35,459 nucleotides of DNA from Octopus sinensis (lineage: Eukaryota): assembly GCF_006345805.1 (NCBI RefSeq), contig NW_021836750.1, positions 1 to 35,459 on the forward strand. The letters are read 5' to 3'. The notes under the pieces are model-generated. The model saw only the letters and a program-made list of their open reading frames with translations. It did no database searches and was not told the origin of the DNA. Made by a program: the position numbers and the translations under genes. How positions within the stretch are numbered: the first letter of the stretch is position 1; each line of letters begins with the position of its first letter. Shown piece by piece: positions 24,210 through 34,385 of the stretch.

Positions 24210-24615
24210 AAAGTACATTTATATGCGTGTAGGCATCTCGAGTCATTCAGAAATTCTATTAATGATCTCGTTAGTCTACAGAAAAGACAGGGATTCTTCG
24301 GAGCAGAGACGGCATCTCCTGGAAATTATATTGCATGGTTTCGTGTATCTTACTATAGACCAGGTTATGCTGTATTTCATTTTATCCTTTTTCAATCGAC
24401 ATACAAAATCGGTCAAAGATGTTGACTGTCTCTTATTGATTGTCTTAAAGCTGGCGACATGGTTACGATAACGATTCTTAAATTAAACAACCGCATGCTC
24501 AATGTAAGCATACGGTTCTCCTCTTGAGTGCACACTACATTTATGCACAAGATTTGTACTCATACAGTGATTCATCAACGGACATTTTGAGTTTACTCTG
24601 CATGAGCATTTCTTG
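24210..24615 (-). mobile_element. Penelope-like element GIY-YIG endonuclease relic
   Basis: Minus strand: KCSCRVNSKCPLMNHCMSTNLVHKCSVHSRGEPYAYIEHAVV*FKNRYRNHVASFKTINKRQSTSLTDFVCRLKKDKMKYSITWSIVRYTKPCNIISRRCRLCSEE..INRISE. This fits the PLE pattern CxCR..CPL..C / YIG / FK.RY.NH..SF / CxLC..E / LNKRSE. Confidence 0.9.
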
Positions 24616-24638
24616 TATATTTTTGTATATATATATAT

Positions 24639-24732
<94 letters not shown>

Positions 24733-24754
24733 ATATATATAAATAAATAAATAA

Positions 24755-24985
24755 GGCGGTGAGCTGGCAGAATCGTTAGCACGGCGCGCGAAATGCTTTG
24801 CGGTATTTTATCTGCCGCTACGTTCTGAGTTCAAATTCCCCCGAGGTCGACTTTGCCTTTCATCCTTTCGGGGTCGATAAATTAAGTACCAGTTACGCAC
24901 TGGAGTTGATGTAATCGACTTCATCCATTTGTCTGTCCTTGTTTGTCCCCTCTGTGTTTAGCACCTTGTGGGCAATAAAGAAATA
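24755..24985 (+). mobile_element. SINE family B, full length, within (TA)n
   Basis: Matches 9951-10181. Confidence 0.93.
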
Positions 24986-25407
24986 TGTATATATATATAT
25001 ATGAGTTACAGCACAAATTTCATATATATCTGTATCTGACCTTGTATGTGACGTGTCAGTTTGTATGTTAGCGTGTGCGCGTCTATGTGTGTGTCTGTAA
25101 GTTGTAAGATGTGTGTGTATGTGCTTGTGTATGAATGTGTATGTGTGTGTATGTTTGCATGATGAAAGAGTAAACGCTTTCCCGGTTGTGAGCTTATTTG
25201 TTCCCTGCATGTCCAAAAGTATTTACACAGCGAGGCTAAATATATTTTCTTTTAAATAGACATATATTTATTTATACCGTATCCATAAATATGCTGCCAC
25301 AATATTTTAGTTAATTAAAAATGTATCAACAAAGAAACGAATTCATCATTAATTGACCCAAAGCAATGTTGGTTGCTCATTACATTTATTATTAGAAGTT
25401 CTAAGAA

Positions 25408-25623
25408 GGCGGCGAGCTGGCAGAATCGTTGCCGCGCCGGAAAAAATGCTTAGCAGCATTTCGTCCGTCTTTAGGCTCTGAGTTCAAATTCCGCTGTGAT
25501 CGACTTTGCCTTTCATCCTTTCCGTGTCGATAAAATAAATGCCAGTTGAGTACTAGGTTTGATGTAATCGACTTACCCTCTCCTCCAGAATTGATGGCAT
25601 TGTGCCAAAATTTGAAACCATTA
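25408..25623 (+). mobile_element. SINE B variant (AATTTGAAACC tail)
   Basis: B head and central domain with the alternative tail. Confidence 0.88.
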
Positions 25624-25767
25624 TAAGTAAGGTGGCGAGCTGGTAGAATCGTTAGCACGTCAGGCATAATGCTTAATCACATTTTCGTGCGTCTTTACGT
25701 CCTAAGTTCAAATTCCGCCGAGGTCGACTTTGCCATTTATCGATTCAGGGTCAATAAAATAAATACC

Positions 25768-25990
25768 TATTTCTTTACTACTCACAGAGAGGACAAACAA
25801 GGACAGGTAAACGGATTAAGTCGATTATATCGACCCCAGTGCGTAACTTGTACTTAATTTATCGACCCCGAAAGGATGAAAGGCAAAGTCGACCTCGGCG
25901 GAATTTGAACTCAGAACGTAACGGCAGACGAAATACGGCTACGCATTTCGCCCGGTGTGCTAACGATTCTGCCAGCTCGCCGCCTTGTAT
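25768..25990 (-). mobile_element. SINE family B inserted antisense into SINE B, 14-bp TSD
   Basis: TSD ATAAAATAAATACC at 25754-25767 and 25991-26004. Confidence 0.93.
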
Positions 25991-26072
25991 ATAAAATAAA
26001 TACCGGTTAAGCACTGGGGTCAGTGTCAAAGGCTAGCGCCTTCCTCGAAATTTCGGATCTAGTGCCTATAAT

Positions 26073-26351
26073 GTTGTTTGTTCCTTCCGTTTTCCTGGTT
26101 TCCTTGGTGTATAGGTTCTCCACCTGGACGGGACGCCGGTCCGTTGAAGGTGAGCTGCAAGATGCAGGAGGAAAGAGTGAGAGAAAGTTGTGGCGAAAGA
26201 GTCAGCAGAGGTTCACCATTACCTTCTGCTAGAGCCGCGTAGAGCTTAGGTGTTTTCGCTCATAAACATATACATCGCCCGGTCTGAGATTGGAACCCGT
26301 GATCCCTCGACTGCGAGTCCGCTGCTCTAACCACTAGGCCATGTGCCTCCA
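26073..26351 (-). mobile_element. SINE family D variant (tRNA-Arg-like head), 13-bp TSD
   Basis: TSD TAGTGCCTATAAT at 26060-26072 and 26352-26364. The 5' half is homologous to 32076-32460; the 3' half (GGACCGGCGTCCCGTCCAGG...) differs. Confidence 0.9.
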
Positions 26352-26476
26352 TAGTGCCTATAATACAAACGGTTATTAGAAGCTGTATGTTAGTTATATC
26401 ACTCTCTCTTGTTGTTGAACGAATAGAGCGTAAGCTCCTGAAACTTATGCCTCTATATTCATTTATAAATTTTCCA

Positions 26477-26625
26477 TGGCTACATGGTTAAGAAGCCCGC
26501 TTTGCAACCACATGGTTTCAGGTTCAGTTCCACTGCACGGCACCTTCGGTATGCGTCATCTACTGCAGCCTCGAACCGACCAGTGTGTAATAGACGGACC
26601 TGTGTGAGAGCCAGTTGTATACATG

Positions 26626-26671
<46 letters not shown>

Positions 26672-27239
26672 CGCAGGAGTGGCTGTATGGTAAGTATATT
26701 GTTTACCAACCACATGGTTCCGGGTTCAGTCTCACTGCGTGGCACCTTGGGCAAGTGTCTTCTACTATAGCCTCGGACTGACCAAAGCCTTGTGAGTGGA
26801 TTTGGTAGACGGAAACTGAAAGAAGCCCGGTTTTATCTATGTATATATATGCGTGTGTGTGTTTGTGTATCTGTGTTTGTCCCCCAACGTCGCTTGGCAA
26901 CCGATGCTGGTGTGTTTATGTCCCCGTTACTTAGCGGTTCGGCAAAGAGAGTGGGTCGAGTTGCTCGATTAAAGGCGGTGCTCCAGCATGGCCGCAGTCA
27001 AATGACTGAAACAAGTCAAAGAGTAAAAGAGTATATGTATATGTGTGTGTTTGTGCGCCCCTCCCCGCTTGACAACAGGTATGGGTTTGTTTGCGTTCCC
27101 ATAGCATAATTGTTCGACAACAGCGATCAATCGAATAAGAATCGAATAAGAATCACCCTTTAACAAAATTAAATAGTCGGTTTCATTTGCTCCAGCATGG
27201 CCGCAGCCCACTAACTGATACAATAAAAGATGAAAGATG
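26477..27239 (+). mobile_element. Old diverged SINE A (head 26477-26625, tail 27040-27239) hosting a young SINE A in its internal (TA)n
   Basis: Head CAACCACATGGTTTCAGGTTCAGTTCCACTGC; tail GCTCCAGCATGGCCGCAG...TAAAAGATG. Confidence 0.78.
26670..27032 (+). mobile_element. SINE family A with ~35-40-bp internal deletion
   Basis: Matches the A consensus; junction GGCAAAGAGA|GTGGGTCGAG. Confidence 0.92.
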
Positions 27240-27954
27240 GGAGATTTCCACAATATCAATACCTTCGATAAAACACACACACACACACGCACACATACAT
27301 AAACACACATACACACGCACGCAAACACACACACACACATGAAAGGAAAACGAAAAATAAAAATAAAAATTCTGTCTTAAAAAACTCCTAAGAAATCAAC
27401 AAATACACACAAAAAGCCCCAAAATGAAGTGTCCGGTTTTCATTCATTCAACTGGTTAATATAAACAGAAAATCATTAATTGAATAAGTGTGTTAAAAAT
27501 GTTATAATGTAATTATAAAATTTAATGGTTTTGTTAAAATATAATTTAATTTGAGTAAAATTATTCAAAGACAAAATACAATAAAAGGAAAAGAAAAAAA
27601 ATTAAAAAAATAAACAAAAAGGCTGCTGTCCATGAATGAACATAAATTCAAAGAAACGAAGGAAATTTTAAAAAACGCAAGAAATCACTTTTAAAAAATC
27701 CAACAAAATAAGAAAATTCGAGAATTCAATTGATACATGTTTTTATTATTTTTTTATGATGGCGGCATTTAACAGTGATGGTTAAAACAAAGCCATCAAA
27801 ACATCATCTCTTGTAATCAAATTTATGACTTTTTTCTCTTTGTGAAGTGTCCTTCAGAATGAAATTCTCATTTTCATATGAATAATTCTTATAAAATTAC
27901 TTCAATTTCGTTGTTGATTATTTTCAGTTCATTTTTGATCAAGTCCATCTTTGG

Positions 27955-28350
27955 CCAAAGGCGTTTCAGCTCCGGACACTTTGTCTTAATACTTTAATTT
28001 TCAGACATAATTAAATTTACCTCGTCTTTCTGAATATCCTTCAAACTAAAATGCGCATTATTTTTTTTGTATGCATAAATCTATATTGTTTTGACATCTA
28101 TCACATAGAGTTGTAATCAAAGGCACTCTAACCATGACCATCTCGCCTTTTTTCAAACATAAATCTATATTATTTTTCTGAATATCTTTCAAACTAAAAT
28201 GCACGTTATTTTTTGCATATGCATAATTCTATGTTTTGTTGCATAACGTGTAGAATTATAATCACGGGCGCTCCAATTATGACCCTCTCATCTATTCTCA
28301 TAATCAAATTTATGATGTTTATCTGAAAAAAAAAGTCCAAATTGAAGTGA
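27955..28350. repeat. Degenerate ~148-bp tandem repeat (2.5-3 units)
   Basis: TTCTGAATATC(C/T)TTCAAACTAAAATGC at about 28028 and 28176; CAAAGGC/CACGGGC motif at about 27956, 28118 and 28263. Confidence 0.75.
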
Positions 28351-28469
28351 CATTTTTGTTTTATATATATATGTCTTTATTACTACAGTGGTAGGCAAAG
28401 TGATGGATTACATAGACGCAATATAGACATCAAAATGGCTGTAAAGATCGAAATGACACAATGACACAG

Positions 28470-28810
28470 TTGAGAGGGCAATGTGTATCAAAAGGGTCAC
28501 TGACGAAATGTTAGTTAGTTAGTTAGTTAATTTGGCTCAAAAGCAAATAGCAAGGCCATGTAGGGGGACATGGAGTTAAGTACAGGGTGGTGTTCATGTA
28601 AAGAGTTCAGGCCACTTGAGGTCAAGGGAGGCTTTGAACAAAGCGGTCGTCGAAATAAGACGCTGACGCTGGAACTGGATCGGAGAAGTCCTCAGACAAG
28701 ATCGAGAAAGCGATTATATATTGGCACTGATGTAGCAGCCTGAGAAAAAGAAAAAAAAAAAAAAGAGCAGCAGGGCGCTCTAAAACCACAAGACGAAGGA
28801 TCATTGAAGG
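28470..28810 (+). mobile_element. RTE-clade LINE C-terminal relic interrupted by a CR1-like tail
   Basis: ..KRVTDE|IRR*RWNWIGEVLRQDRESDYILALM*QPE..RAAGRSKTTRRRIIE matches the RTE pattern RRWxWIGHVLR...W.PEGKR..GRPKTTWRR. Confidence 0.82.
28510..28650 (-). mobile_element. 5'-truncated CR1-like LINE 3' end with (TAAC)n tail
   Basis: Minus strand TTALFKASLDLKWPELFT* (CR1-type FK..LD..W end), short UTR, (CTAA)n tail; CGAAAT duplicated at 28504-28509 and 28651-28656. Confidence 0.78.
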
Positions 28811-28860
28811 GTGGAGATGCTACTATGAGAACAGAACTGCGGCAGAAGACGGAGCCAATT

Positions 28861-29007
28861 GCGTTCTAAGTTCAAATTCCGCCTAAGTCGACTTTGTCTT
28901 TCATGCTTTCGAGGTCGATAAATTCAGTACCAAATGTGTACTGGGGTTAATCTAATCGACTGGCACCCACCCCCAAATTTCAGGCCTTCAGCCTAGAGTA
29001 GAAAAGA
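28861..29007 (+). mobile_element. SINE B variant, 5'-truncated
   Basis: GTTCAAATTCCGCC..GTCGACTTTG...AGTAGAAAAGA. Confidence 0.8.
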
Positions 29008-29084
29008 AGACGAAGTCGATTGGAAAGATCGAATTGCAACCTTACGTGCCTCATGGTACCGAGATAACTAACTAATATAGACAA

Positions 29085-29399
29085 AGTAGCGTAAGGTGAC
29101 CCGCTCTACGCGCGGGTGAGGGTGTGGTTGTTACTTTCTGTTGCTTCCATTCTGTTTCTTATCGCCACATTCTCCATCTTTGTTTCTCTCTCCTTTCTGT
29201 CTCACTTTCCCACTCACTTACTCTTCCTTTCTCCCGGACTCTCCCTCGCTTTCTCTTACTCTCTATATTTCACAAGCAAATCTGTGGTATCTCTCTCCCA
29301 TTTATAAAAAAATTAGATTTCCGCGCTTAAATTACTAATCCGCTTCCACTTTACTATGTTGAAAATTTGATTGAAATCGTGCAAATGGCGTCCAGTCTT
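29085..29399 (-). mobile_element. Non-autonomous Helitron-like element
   Basis: GC hairpin ACCCGC-TCTACGC-GCGGGT (29099-29117) about 10 nt from a degenerate CTAG terminus; CT-rich body; AAAATTTGATTGAAATCG motif. Confidence 0.5.
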
Positions 29400-29940
29400 A
29401 AAATAATTTAGCAGTTCGCCAATCGCGATCGATAAAATAACTTAGCGGTTCGCCAAAGGATATCGATAAAATAACTTAGCGGTTCGACAATCAAGATCCA
29501 TAAAATAAGACAGCTGTTCGCCAAACGTGATCTATGAAATAACTTAGCAGTTCGCCAAAAGTTAATTGATAAAATAACTTAGCGGTTCGCCAAAGGAGAT
29601 CGATGAAATTATCTAGCGGTTCACCAAACGTGATAGATAAAATAACTTAGCAGTTCGCGAAAGAAAGTTGATAAAATAACTTTGCGGTTCGCCAAAGGTG
29701 AACGATAAAATAACATAGCGGTTCGCCAAACGTGATCGACAAAATAACTTAGTGGTTCGCCAATCGAGATCGATAAAATAACTTAGTGGTTCGTCAAAGG
29801 TGTCGATAAAATAACCTAGCGGTTCGCCAAAGGAGATTGATAACATAACATAGCGGTTCGCAAAAGGTGATCGATAAAATAACTTAGTGGTTCGCCAAAG
29901 GGGATCGATAAAATAACATAGCGACTCGCCAAACGTGATA
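29400..29940 (+). repeat. Minisatellite, ~16 x 34 bp, consensus AAAATAACTTAGCGGTTCGCCAAAGGWGATCGAT, derived from SINE A
   Basis: Units start at 29400, 29434, 29468, 29502, 29536, 29571 ... 29910. Confidence 0.95.
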
Positions 29941-30041
29941 ACTTTCTAGGTGCAATCCCATGGTCATTCATGACCGAAGGGGGTCACAACAATATGTCGA
30001 TATATACAAATGTGTGTGAATAAATATGCATATGTGAACAT

Positions 30042-30458
30042 GCGCAGGAGTGGCTGTGTGGTAAGTAGCTTGCTAACGAACCACATGGTTGCGGGTTCAG
30101 TCCCACTGCGTGGCATCTTGGGCAAGTGTCTTCTAATATAGCCCCGGGCCGACCAAAGCCTTGTGAGTGGATTTGGTAGACGGAAACTGAAAGAAGCCTG
30201 TCGTATATATGTATATATATGTATATGTGTGTGTGTATATGTTTGTGTGTCTGTGTTTGTCCCCCTAGCATTGCTTGACAATTGATGCTGGTGTGTTTAT
30301 GTCCCCGTCACTTAGCGGTTCGGCAAAAGAGACCGATAGAATAAGTGCTGGGCTTACAAAGAATAAGTCCCGGTGTCGAGTTGCTCGACTAAAGGCGGTG
30401 CTCCAGCATGGCCGCAGTCAAATGACTGAAACAAGTAAAAGAGTAAAAGAGTAAGAGT
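30042..30458 (+). mobile_element. SINE family A, full length
   Basis: Matches the A consensus; possible TSD TATGCATAT (30025-30033 / 30458-30466). Confidence 0.93.
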
Positions 30459-30922
30459 ATGCATATATCGGTGCGTGCATGTATGTGTGAGTGTGAGTGT
30501 GTACACCACATGCTTTCTAAAGTCAGCAATTTATCAAAAGAGAACACACATTCTATCACCGACCAATTCAATTCAATTCATACATGCTTTGTTAATTTTA
30601 TTAATTTAACAATGACAAGAACGACGTCGACAACAACGTCGACGGCAACGACGGCGATGATAATGATGACAACGACAATAAGAAGAACTACATCAATTAC
30701 AGCAACAACCAGAATCAAAAAGAAAAAAAAATAACTGTCGATATTTAAGAAAAATAGCAAAGAAAAAAAAAAGGAGATAAAATGTAAAGGAAAATTTCTA
30801 ATTTCTTTTGAGTTAATTAAATATTGATTACTAATACAAATACGGAGCCACACCTTTTGGGGGAGAACAGGAAAACAGCCGATGATATCGACGACGCATG
30901 ACTGGTATTTCATCGTATCATC

Positions 30923-31524
30923 GAAGGCGCAGAGCTGGCAGAAACGTTAGCACGCCGGGTGAAACGCTTAGCGGTATTTCGTCTGCCACTACGTTCTGAG
31001 TTCAAATTCCGCCGAGGTCGACTTTGCCTTTCAACCTTTCGGGGTCGATAAATTAAGTACCAGTTACGCACTGGGGTCAATGTAATTGACTTAATACCTA
31101 TGTCTGTCCTTGTTTGTCCCCTCTGTGTTTAGCCCCTTGTGGGTAATAAAGAAATAGGTATTTCGTCTGCCACTACGTTCTGAGTTCAAATTCCGCCGAG
31201 GTCGACTTTGCCTTTCATCCTTTCGGGGTCGATTAAATAAGTACCAGTTACGCACTGGGGTCGATATAATCGACTTAATCCGTTTACTTGTCCTTGTTTG
31301 TCCCCTCTGTGTTTAGCCCCTTATGGGTAGTAAAGAAATAGGTATTTTGTCTGCCGTTACGTTCTGAGTTCGAATTCAGCCGAAGTCGACTTTGCCTTTC
31401 ATCCTTTTGGGGTCGATTAAATAAGTACCAGTTACGCACTGGGGTCGATATAATCGACTTAATCCGTTTACCTGTCCTTGTTTGTCCTCTCTGTGTTTAG
31501 CCCCTTGTGGGTAGTAAAGAAATA
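30923..31524 (+). mobile_element. SINE B trimer (one full unit plus two 184-bp headless units) inside a 19-bp TSD, nested antisense in an old SINE B
   Basis: TSD GGTATTTCATCGTATCATC at 30904-30922 and 31525-31543. Units restart at 31157 and 31341. The host remnant continues ...GCGGAATTTGAACTCAGAAC at about 31574-31593. Confidence 0.93.
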
Positions 31525-32075
31525 GGTATTTCATCGTATCATCACTTGAAGAATGCAGGAAAAACTGAGTTTAGCGGAATTTGAACTCAGAACACTGAGC
31601 GATATAGGTACAGGCACGGTTACGTGGCTAAACTACGAATTGCTAGTCCATGACGATATATAGATAGTGTGAGATCGATAAGGTTTACAACACTGGTATT
31701 GCTTTTTATCCGTTATTGAATTTAATCTTATCCATGTATCGCCGTGTCATACCAGTAGAAAGTTCTTACACTATTTATATATAGTTCCCGATTCGATGCG
31801 TCCCCGGTTCGATTCAAGTAAATGATATTCATAAGCCACAAAAGTAGCGAAATATCGGTAGCCATCACTCCTAAATTCGATCGGAAGCGTGCTGTCTTGG
31901 AATGTATGTCTATGGAATTCAGGTGTTTTAACACCTAGCGTTATAAGAGAGTCGTTCCCCGAGCGTTATTCCGCATCGAACCTGCGAACAAACAAGACAC
32001 ATACACTGAGTATGCGCGGCCGATAATGTTTACAACATTAGTCCTGCTATTAATTTATAAATTACATATATCTCT

Positions 32076-32460
32076 GGAGGCGCAATGGCCCAGTGGTTAG
32101 GGCAGCGGACTCGCGGTCGTAGGATCGCGGTTTCGATTCCCAGACCGGGCGTTGTGAGTGTTTATTGAGCGAAAACACCTAAAGGCTCCACGAGGCTCCG
32201 GCAGGGGTTAGTGGTGATCCCTGCTGTACTCTTTCACCACAACTTTCTCTCACTCTTACTTCCTGCTTCTGTTGTACCTATATTTCAAAGGGCCGGCCTT
32301 GTCACTCTCTGTGTCACGCTGAATATCCCTGAGAACTACGTTAAGGGTACACGTGTCTGTGGAGTGCTCAGCCACTTACACGTTAATTTCACGAGCAGGC
32401 TGTTCCGTTGATCGGATCAACCGGAACCCTCGTCGTCGTAACCGACGGAGTGCTTCCACC
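32076..32460 (+). mobile_element. SINE family D, full length (tRNA-Arg-like head), 12-bp TSD
   Basis: A-box TGGCCCAGTGG, B-box-like GGTTTCGATTCCC; TSD ACATATATCTCT at 32064-32075 and 32461-32472. Confidence 0.92.
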
Positions 32461-32529
32461 ACATATATCTCTGGTACTCCGTTGGCTGAACTGCCAAATG
32501 CTTATCGTCGAACTAAACGGACGATTCCC

Positions 32530-32846
32530 CACCACCACCACCACCACCACCACCACTATCACCGCCACCGCCACCTTCGTCGTCATCGTCGTCGTCATCA
32601 TCATCATCATCATCCTCGTCGTCGTTGTCGTAGACGTCGTCGATGTCGTCATCTTCGTCATCGTCATCTTCCTCCTTTCCTAATTATCAACCGCAACAAC
32701 TCCACCATCATCATCAAAACCATCATCATCGTCATCGTCGTCATCGTCATCTTGTCATTATCATCATCATTATCACTGTCATCGTAACATCATTTGTACC
32801 TTCATCGTCATAGTCGTGATCATGTTCATCATCGTCGTCGTCGTCG

Positions 32847-32891
<45 letters not shown>

Positions 32892-33030
32892 ATGCATTCT
32901 TCGCCTCGGTTTATTAGTTTTTTTCATTATATTATGTTGACTAAATAAGTTGTCACCAACAATTGTCACTATGTGTCACGCTAATCTGTTATCGTGTCAT
33001 CTCTGTAAGTGTCGCCAGGATACACACACA

Positions 33031-33063
<33 letters not shown>

Positions 33064-33200
33064 CACACACACACACACACATACGTATAATGTTGCGCGT
33101 GTGTGTATATATATGCGTACATACATATACAAATACACAGCATATATATATATATATATATAATATATATATATATATATTATATATGATTAAATATACA
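32530..33200. repeat. (CAC/CGT/CAT)n, (CA)n and (TA)n microsatellites
   Basis: Directly visible. Confidence 0.9.
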
Positions 33201-33427
33201 CACTCATAAATATATCTGTATAACACATATGTATTACACATGTAATCAACAGCTGTTCTTAATTGACAGTAAAGACCTGTCTTCCTAAACGGTGGGATGT
33301 TGCTGCTTGAATAAAATACGACGTCAAGAGAGTCATGGGATAAATACAGAGAACACTCCCGCTATTTCATAAATACATACATCGGTACATACGCGTATAT
33401 ATACATACACACACATATAGGTAAATC

Positions 33428-33610
33428 TCTTCTTTTTTCTTTTTTTTTCTTTTCCTTTTTTTTTCTTTTTTTCTATTTTTTTGTTCTTTTTTCCCTTTTA
33501 CGATCCCTTTTGATCGAAAACCTACGCCACCTTTTTTTTCTCCCAAAAGAAAAGCTCTACCTTGTAACTTGTCCCATCTGTGTGCAGCCCTGTGTGGCCA
33601 ATAAAGAAAC
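33428..33610 (+). mobile_element. Probable LINE 3' UTR end with AATAAA, followed by (TATC/TGTC)n (33612-33965)
   Basis: CCTTGTAACTTGTCCCATCTGTGTGCAGCCCTGTGTGGCCAATAAAGAAA aligns to the SINE B tail. Confidence 0.6.
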
Positions 33611-33621
33611 TTATCTATCTA

Positions 33622-33719
<98 letters not shown>

Positions 33720-33839
33720 AATCTGTCTTCTGTCTGTCTATGTATGTATGTATGTATGTATCTAGCTCTTTGTCTGTCTATCTCTTATCTATGTATATGC
33801 GTGTGTGTGGTGTGTATGTATGTATATATATATATAATA

Positions 33840-33891
<52 letters not shown>

Positions 33892-33892
33892 A

Positions 33893-33944
<52 letters not shown>

Positions 33945-33965
33945 GATCATATCTATATATATATA

Positions 33966-34169
33966 TTCTTTAATTGTTTCAGTCATTTGACTTCGACCAT
34001 GCTGAAGTACCCACTTTAGTCGAGTAAATCGACCCCAGGGCTTATTTGTTATAAGCCTAGTACTTATTCTATCGGTCCCTCTTGCCAAACCGTTAAGTTA
34101 CGGAGACGTAAACACACCAGCATCGGTTGTCAAGCGATGTTGGTAGACAAATACACGCACACACACACG

Positions 34170-34221
<52 letters not shown>

Positions 34222-34385
34222 TTCGACAGGCTTCTTTCAGTTTCCCTCTACCAAATCCACTCACAAGGCTTTGGTCGGCTCGAGGTCATAGTAGAAGACG
34301 CTTGCCCAAGGTGCCACGCAGTGGGACTGAACCCGGAACCATATGGTTGGTAAGCAAGCTACTTACAACACAGACACTCGTGTAC
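33966..34385 (-). mobile_element. SINE family A, diverged, near full length
   Basis: Matches the A consensus. A further A fragment lies at 35061-35108 (+). Confidence 0.9.

Larger units (their letters stand above)
25631..26380 (+). mobile_element. Host SINE B variant split by two younger insertions (pieces 25631-25767, 26005-26072, 26365-26380)
   Basis: A contiguous B-variant sequence is restored after removing the two TSD-flanked inserts. Confidence 0.8.

Noticed and set aside
28511-28529. (TTAG)n resembling telomeric repeat
   Set aside because: Not TTAGGG; it is the tail of the CR1-like insertion.
29400-29940. CRISPR-like look (constant ~26 nt plus variable ~8 nt)
   Set aside because: The variable parts are too short and mutually related, there are no cas genes, the context is eukaryotic, and the unit derives from SINE A.
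32076-32152. tRNA gene
   Set aside because: It has A/B boxes but poor acceptor and T stems, continues into a SINE body, and is flanked by a TSD.
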